In this document: positions 59,142 through 64,000 of the stretch, piece by piece
How the letters are laid out: each line of letters starts with the position of its first letter
Position numbering within the stretch: the first letter of the stretch is position 1
Virus record (IMG/VR): IMGVR_UViG_3300030108_003783
Coordinates: 1 to 64,000 of that record
DNA: 64,000 nucleotides
Reading direction: 5' to 3' (one strand)
From: a virus
The notes under the pieces: generated by a model
What the model was told of the DNA's origin: nothing
Databases searched by the model: none
Seen by the model: only the letters and a program-made list of their open reading frames with translations
Position numbers and translations under genes: made by a program

Positions 59142-60608
59142 ATGTTTTTAATAAAAGACTTAAAGAAAAAGTATACAACAGACGATACCGTAAAAAATCA
59201 AATCAAGATTCACTTTGGTGATTGCTCAAAGCTTGAAAAGGAATACGATGAATTTTGGGATAATCAATTGATGGGTCAAATTTTAAATCACTGGGCTAAT
59301 CCTGACCGTCACGTTGCTGGAGCTGGGCCAATAGATTATAATGAAGGTAAAATTTTATATTTATATATTAGAACTAAAAAACCAAAAAACGTTTTGGAAA
59401 TTGGTCATGCTGGTGGAGCTTCATCTATTGTTATATTAAAAGCTTTGGAAGAAAATGGAAATGGTAAATTATGCACTTGTGACTTGAAGTCTTGGAGTGA
59501 AGATCCTAATCTATTACCACTTTTTAGAGATTATATAGATAACAAATCTGATATGCTAGAAATGCATGGTCATATCGATGCACTAGAACTGATACCTAGA
59601 TTAACTACTAAATTCGATATAGTATTTACAGATGCAAGTCATGAGCTAGAATTTTGTTTACCAATGGCAAAAATACTAAAAGAAAAATATCCAGAAGCAT
59701 TACATTTATATCATGAATGGGCATTCTCACCTTTCTCTAGTAAAGAAGCTCAAGATTATTTAAGTATAAAAGAAAATATATATCATCAAAAAATGGCAGA
59801 AAGAGAAGCTTTTGAAAAGGTTTTTGATATAGCTGATTATCATCATTTTGGTTTTTATGGAAGTTGCGGATTGGGAGTTGTAAAGAAAAGAGAAGAAACT
59901 CAAACAATAAAAGTTTATTATAGATTATCAAATCAGCAAGCTGGTATTCACAAAAATAAAATTGCAAATGCAAACAAAAAAAATTGTTTAGAAAATTGCA
60001 TAAATAAATTTGGAAAAGAGAATATAACTGTTTTAGGCGACAATTTAAATACAGAACATATAGAATGGCTTAGAGATTTAGGTATAAGATTTATAGAAGT
60101 TTCTAATGGAAATGGTTCTGGAACTTTTAGAGATGCATTAAATTTATGCATAAAAGAGAATTTAGAATCTGATTTTGTATATTTATTAGAGGATGACTTC
60201 TTACACAAAGAATCATCAAAAGAGTTATTAATAGAAGCATTAAATAAATACGACGGTTATATTACATTGTACGATCACCCAGATAAATACATCAATAAAG
60301 AAGATGGCGGTAACCCTTTTATAGAAGAGGGAGGAGAAGTAACAAGAGTTGTTACTACTAAGAATGTGCATTGGAAAATTACAAATTCAACAGTTATGTC
60401 TTTTGCTGCAAGAGTATCTAGATTGAAACATGATAAAGAATTATTAGAAAAATATTCTTCTAATAGAATAACAGATTCTTTTAGTTTCTTTACAGAATTA
60501 TCTAGAGAAAAAGGTATACCAGCATTAAGTTCTATTCCAGGTTTTTCTACTCATTGTGAATCTGCATGGTTATCACCGTTTACTAATTGGGAGGAGATAA
60601 ATGATTAG
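59142..60608 (+). CDS. SAM-dependent methyltransferase fused to a GT-A-like domain
   Basis: VLEIG.AGG.S, FTDASH; C-terminal YLLEDDFLH, TLYDHPDKY. Confidence 0.75.
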   Translation: MFLIKDLKKKYTTDDTVKNQIKIHFGDCSKLEKEYDEFWDNQLMGQILNHWANPDRHVAGAGPIDYNEGKILYLYIRTKKPKNVLEIGHAGGASSIVILKALEENGNGKLCTCDLKSWSEDPNLLPLFRDYIDNKSDMLEMHGHIDALELIPRLTTKFDIVFTDASHELEFCLPMAKILKEKYPEALHLYHEWAFSPFSSKEAQDYLSIKENIYHQKMAEREAFEKVFDIADYHHFGFYGSCGLGVVKKREETQTIKVYYRLSNQQAGIHKNKIANANKKNCLENCINKFGKENITVLGDNLNTEHIEWLRDLGIRFIEVSNGNGSGTFRDALNLCIKENLESDFVYLLEDDFLHKESSKELLIEALNKYDGYITLYDHPDKYINKEDGGNPFIEEGGEVTRVVTTKNVHWKITNSTVMSFAARVSRLKHDKELLEKYSSNRITDSFSFFTELSREKGIPALSSIPGFSTHCESAWLSPFTNWEEIND

Positions 60609-61389
60609 TGTAATAATTCCATCTTACAGGAATCCAAAATGCTTAGATATTTGTTTAGAGTCTGCATTAAGAGGGCAAGATAAAGATAATGAAATAATAT
60701 GCATTTTAGATGGTTACCCTAAAGAATCTGCAAACGTTTTAGAAAAATATAAAAACGATGTAAATTTTTTACCCTTACCTGAAAATAAAGGTATGCAATA
60801 TGCATTGAATATGGGTGTTTATAATGCTTCATATGATAAAGTTCTAATAGTAAATGACGATAATGTATTCCCTATAGATTGGGATAAAATATTATTAGAA
60901 GATTATAATGATAATTTAATTTTAACACCCAATCAAATAGAAAAAGCAGAAAGCTTATTTAATTTTGAGACAAATGATTTGGGAAGCCCTGATAATTTTG
61001 ATTTAGAAAATTTCTTTAATGAAGAGCTTAATCATAGAAAAAATAATATTACAGATGACGGTGGCATCTTCCCTTTTCTAATTTCAAAGAAAAAGTATAT
61101 GATGGTTGGAGGATTTGATACTTTATACCCATCTCCATTTATTTGCGATTGGGATTTCTTTTTAAAATGTGAAATTGCTGGAATGGAAACAAAGCGTTCA
61201 AGAAAGTTATGTTTTTATCATTTTGGTTCGGTTTCAACTAAAAATGGAAAAGAGGGTGAAAGATTCAAGCAATCAGAATTACAAGCTGTAGATTTATATA
61301 AATATAAATGGGGATTCGATATGGTATTAAATGAAGATAACTCTCATTCGCCTAAAGGTCAAACAATAAAAGGAATTAGATATGAATAA
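60601..61389 (+). CDS. GT2 glycosyltransferase
   Basis: ISVIIPSY, VNDD, VGGFD, DWDF, YHFGS. Confidence 0.88.
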   Translation: MISVIIPSYRNPKCLDICLESALRGQDKDNEIICILDGYPKESANVLEKYKNDVNFLPLPENKGMQYALNMGVYNASYDKVLIVNDDNVFPIDWDKILLEDYNDNLILTPNQIEKAESLFNFETNDLGSPDNFDLENFFNEELNHRKNNITDDGGIFPFLISKKKYMMVGGFDTLYPSPFICDWDFFLKCEIAGMETKRSRKLCFYHFGSVSTKNGKEGERFKQSELQAVDLYKYKWGFDMVLNEDNSHSPKGQTIKGIRYE

Positions 61390-62389
61390 AAAAATATTGA
61401 TAACTGGAGTCGCTGGATTATTGGGATCAAGACTAGCAGATTGGATAATAAAAAATACAGACTATAAAGTAATTGGTATAGATGATATGTCTGGTGGATA
61501 TATTGAAAATGTACCTAATGGTGTAAAACTTTATAAGTTTGATTTAAAAGAATTAGACAGAGTAAAAGATCTATTCAGAAAGCATAAACCAGAAATAGTA
61601 TATCATTTTGCAGCTTATGCTGCTGAAGGCTTGTCACCATTTATTAGAAAATTTAATTATGAAAATAATTTAATAGCTTCTACAAATCTTATAACTTGCA
61701 GTATAGAACAAGATGTAAAAAGATTTATTTTTGCAAGTTCTATGTCTGTATATGGAAATAAATATGAACCACCTTTCCATGAAGATTTACAACAATGCCC
61801 TATTGATCCTTATGGTATTGCAAAGTTTGGTGTAGAACAAGATTTGAAGATTGCTTATGAACAACATGGTTTAAAATATACAATTATCAGACCTCATAAC
61901 TTTTATGGTCAAAATCAAAATATTTGGGATAAATACAGAAATGTATTAGGAATATGGATGTATCAAATAATAAATGGTATGCAACCTACTATATTTGGTG
62001 ATGGTGAACAAAAAAGAGCTTTCAGTTATGTTGACGATTCAATTATCCCATTTTGGAATGCTTCACAAAGAGATGAATGCATAGATGAAATAATTAATCT
62101 TGGTGGTATAAAAGAATATACAATAAATGAAGCTTGTAATATTTTATGCAAAGTTACTGGCACTGATTTAAAACCTAAATATTTAGAAGCAAGGCACGAA
62201 GCAAAACATGCATGGTCAACATGGGAAAAATCTCAAGATCTTTTAGATTTCAAACACGAAATAGATTTAGAAGAAGGTTTAACTAGAATGTGGAATTGGG
62301 CACAAACACAACCAAACAGAAAAAGATTCTTTTGGGGAGATTACGAATTAAATAAAGGAATTTACGATTATTGGAAAACAGAAAAATGA
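61382..62389 (+). CDS. NAD-dependent nucleotide-sugar epimerase/dehydratase
   Basis: ITGVAGLLGS, HFAA, SSMSVYG, YGIAK. Confidence 0.92.
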   Translation: MNKKILITGVAGLLGSRLADWIIKNTDYKVIGIDDMSGGYIENVPNGVKLYKFDLKELDRVKDLFRKHKPEIVYHFAAYAAEGLSPFIRKFNYENNLIASTNLITCSIEQDVKRFIFASSMSVYGNKYEPPFHEDLQQCPIDPYGIAKFGVEQDLKIAYEQHGLKYTIIRPHNFYGQNQNIWDKYRNVLGIWMYQIINGMQPTIFGDGEQKRAFSYVDDSIIPFWNASQRDECIDEIINLGGIKEYTINEACNILCKVTGTDLKPKYLEARHEAKHAWSTWEKSQDLLDFKHEIDLEEGLTRMWNWAQTQPNRKRFFWGDYELNKGIYDYWKTEK

Positions 62390-63210
62390 AAACACTAGGA
62401 ATTATTGGTCAAGGATTTGTTGGAACTGCAGTCTTTGAAGGTTTAAAAGAGCATTATATTATAGAGACTTATGATATCAGTAAAGAATCAACATGTAAAT
62501 CCTTAGATGAAATATATGGAAAATCTGAGGTTTTGTTTTTATGTTTACCTACACCAATGGATATTAATGGTTCATGCCACTTAGGAATCATAGAACCAGT
62601 ATTAAAAGAATTAAATTCATTTGGAAAAAAAATAATTATTGTAAAATCTACAATCCCACCGGGCACAACGGAAAAATGGAACTCAGAATATAAAAATTTA
62701 GATATAGTATTCAATCCAGAATTTTTAACTGAAGCAAATTCAATTGAAGATTTTAAAAATCAAAATAGAATTATAATTGGTGGTCCAAGACCAGCATCAA
62801 CAAAAGTAAGAAGATTATTTAAAAAAGCATTTCCAAGAGTTGCAATAATTAAAACAAGTTCAACAATAGCAGAAATGGTTAAATACTTTACAAATTGTTT
62901 TTTAGCAACAAAAGTATCATTTGCAAATGAGATGTACGAAATCAGTAAAGCTTTAGATATAGATTACGATAAAGTAATTGAATATGCTCAATATGATACA
63001 AGGATAGGTAATTCCCATTTAGAAGTACCAGGACCAGATGGAGACTTTGGATACGGGGGTCATTGCTTTCCAAAAGATGTTAGAGCTTTAATTGATAAAG
63101 CTGAAAAGCTTGGACTGATGCCTTTGATGCTAGAAGCAACAATGACAAAAAATAATATAATTAGAACCAATAGAGATTGGGAAAAACAAAAAGGAAGAGC
63201 AGTAATATAA
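62386..63210 (+). CDS. ugd: UDP-glucose/GDP-mannose dehydrogenase family protein lacking the C-terminal domain
   Basis: GQGFVG, CLPTP, KSTIPPGT, NPEFL, GYGGHCFPKD; ATGA start. Confidence 0.85.
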   Translation: MKTLGIIGQGFVGTAVFEGLKEHYIIETYDISKESTCKSLDEIYGKSEVLFLCLPTPMDINGSCHLGIIEPVLKELNSFGKKIIIVKSTIPPGTTEKWNSEYKNLDIVFNPEFLTEANSIEDFKNQNRIIIGGPRPASTKVRRLFKKAFPRVAIIKTSSTIAEMVKYFTNCFLATKVSFANEMYEISKALDIDYDKVIEYAQYDTRIGNSHLEVPGPDGDFGYGGHCFPKDVRALIDKAEKLGLMPLMLEATMTKNNIIRTNRDWEKQKGRAVI

Positions 63211-63452
63211 TGCAATATTTTATTTTATTTCCAGAAGACACAGAAAAAGAAGTTGTATTCGAAGATAACCTATTAGGAGAAAGTTCTTTTAAAACCTTTT
63301 GGGGTGGAAGAGGATTAATTAAATTAATGACCATGGTAGATAAGACTCCAGAATTATTAGGGTTAGTTAGAATAAAAGATGATAAAGGAAAAGAATACGA
63401 AGTTTTAGAATTTTTAGATTCAATTAAAAAATTAAAAGTCAGGACAAGATAA
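63210..63452 (+). CDS. Hypothetical protein
   Basis: TAATG-coupled start at 63210. Confidence 0.6.
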   Translation: MQYFILFPEDTEKEVVFEDNLLGESSFKTFWGGRGLIKLMTMVDKTPELLGLVRIKDDKGKEYEVLEFLDSIKKLKVRTR

Positions 63453-63574
63453 TGAAAATTAATATCAATAAATTAGTAATTGACGATGATGGTGAAATTA
63501 AATTACCAAAAAGAAAAAGAAAAAAATCTGTTAAGAAACATAGAGAAGAAAAAGATCATCCTAACAAAAAGTAA
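63452..63574 (+). CDS. Possible 40-aa basic peptide
   Basis: TAATG-coupled, AGGA upstream; MKININKLVIDDDGEIKLPKRKRKK... Confidence 0.4.
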   Translation: MKININKLVIDDDGEIKLPKRKRKKSVKKHREEKDHPNKK

Positions 63575-63606
63575 TATATATTTATATATTTAATAAGGAG
63601 ATTATA

Positions 63607-63867
63607 TTGGCAAACCCTAGTAAATCAGAAAAGATAGGAAGCTTCGTTAAAAGTGTAGGTTATCTTTCTATAAGACAAAAAATAACACAACCGAGAAAAA
63701 AGAAATTACCGAATGGTAGTTTTGAAACAATAGGTGGTTCTGTAGAAATAAGTTTATTTCATGCTAAAAATAAAATAGGGGGACCATATAAATCTCATGC
63801 ACTTGCAGAAGCAGAAGCTCTCAAACTATTAGCGGATAAGTTCAAGTATAGAAAGCCAAAAAAGTAG
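63607..63867 (+). CDS. Basic hypothetical protein (TTG start)
   Basis: Class B motif at 63577-86 and AAGGAG SD upstream. Confidence 0.6.
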   Translation: MANPSKSEKIGSFVKSVGYLSIRQKITQPRKKKLPNGSFETIGGSVEISLFHAKNKIGGPYKSHALAEAEALKLLADKFKYRKPKK

Positions 63868-63934
63868 TATTTAGTTTGGTTTTTTGATATTTATTAAAGA
63901 ATATTTATACGAAAAAAGAAAGAGGAATACTTCT

Positions 63935-64000
63935 ATGAACGAAGCAAACGAATATAAAATAACCTTCGGACCATATTCTGCAGAATTAAAATCTGGTCAG
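63935..64000 (+). CDS. Start of a gene running off the window (MNEANEYKITFGPYSAELKSGQ)
   Basis: GAGGA SD, ATATTTAT motifs upstream, frame open to the edge. Confidence 0.45.
   Translation, partial: MNEANEYKITFGPYSAELKSGQ

Overview
This window is a 64-kb, AT-rich segment of a large T4-like (contractile-tail) phage genome. All credible genes are on the + strand and read intact in genetic code 11. Order: tandem P-loop kinases and a holin-like gene; head module (terminase, portal, prohead protease, scaffold, major capsid) with a ribosomal protein bS21 gene inside it; PhoH; neck, sheath, tube, tail chaperone, tape measure and baseplate genes; replication and nucleotide genes (PolA-like domain, UvsE, SSB, RecA, 5'-3' exonuclease, helicase, class II RNR, kinase, thymidylate-synthase-fold enzyme, dUTPase, PolB, GroES/GroEL, Cas4-like nuclease); and a ~13-kb glycosylation cluster. 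Two upstream motif classes stand out. Class A (10 copies, TTTG-N20-TATATTWN) has Bacteroidota -33/-7 promoter geometry and precedes leaderless or SD-less genes, including bS21. Class B (ATATTTATA) precedes operons whose genes mostly carry AGGAG Shine-Dalgarno sites. Main hypotheses: (1) phage bS21 switches host ribosomes to SD-dependent late translation; (2) a +1/-2 programmed frameshift at a T7 run in the tail chaperone; (3) a cytosine-modification pathway, because the TS-fold enzyme has Asp at the base-specificity position; (4) several structured intergenic RNAs. Calls rest on motif recognition and gene order only; no searches were run.
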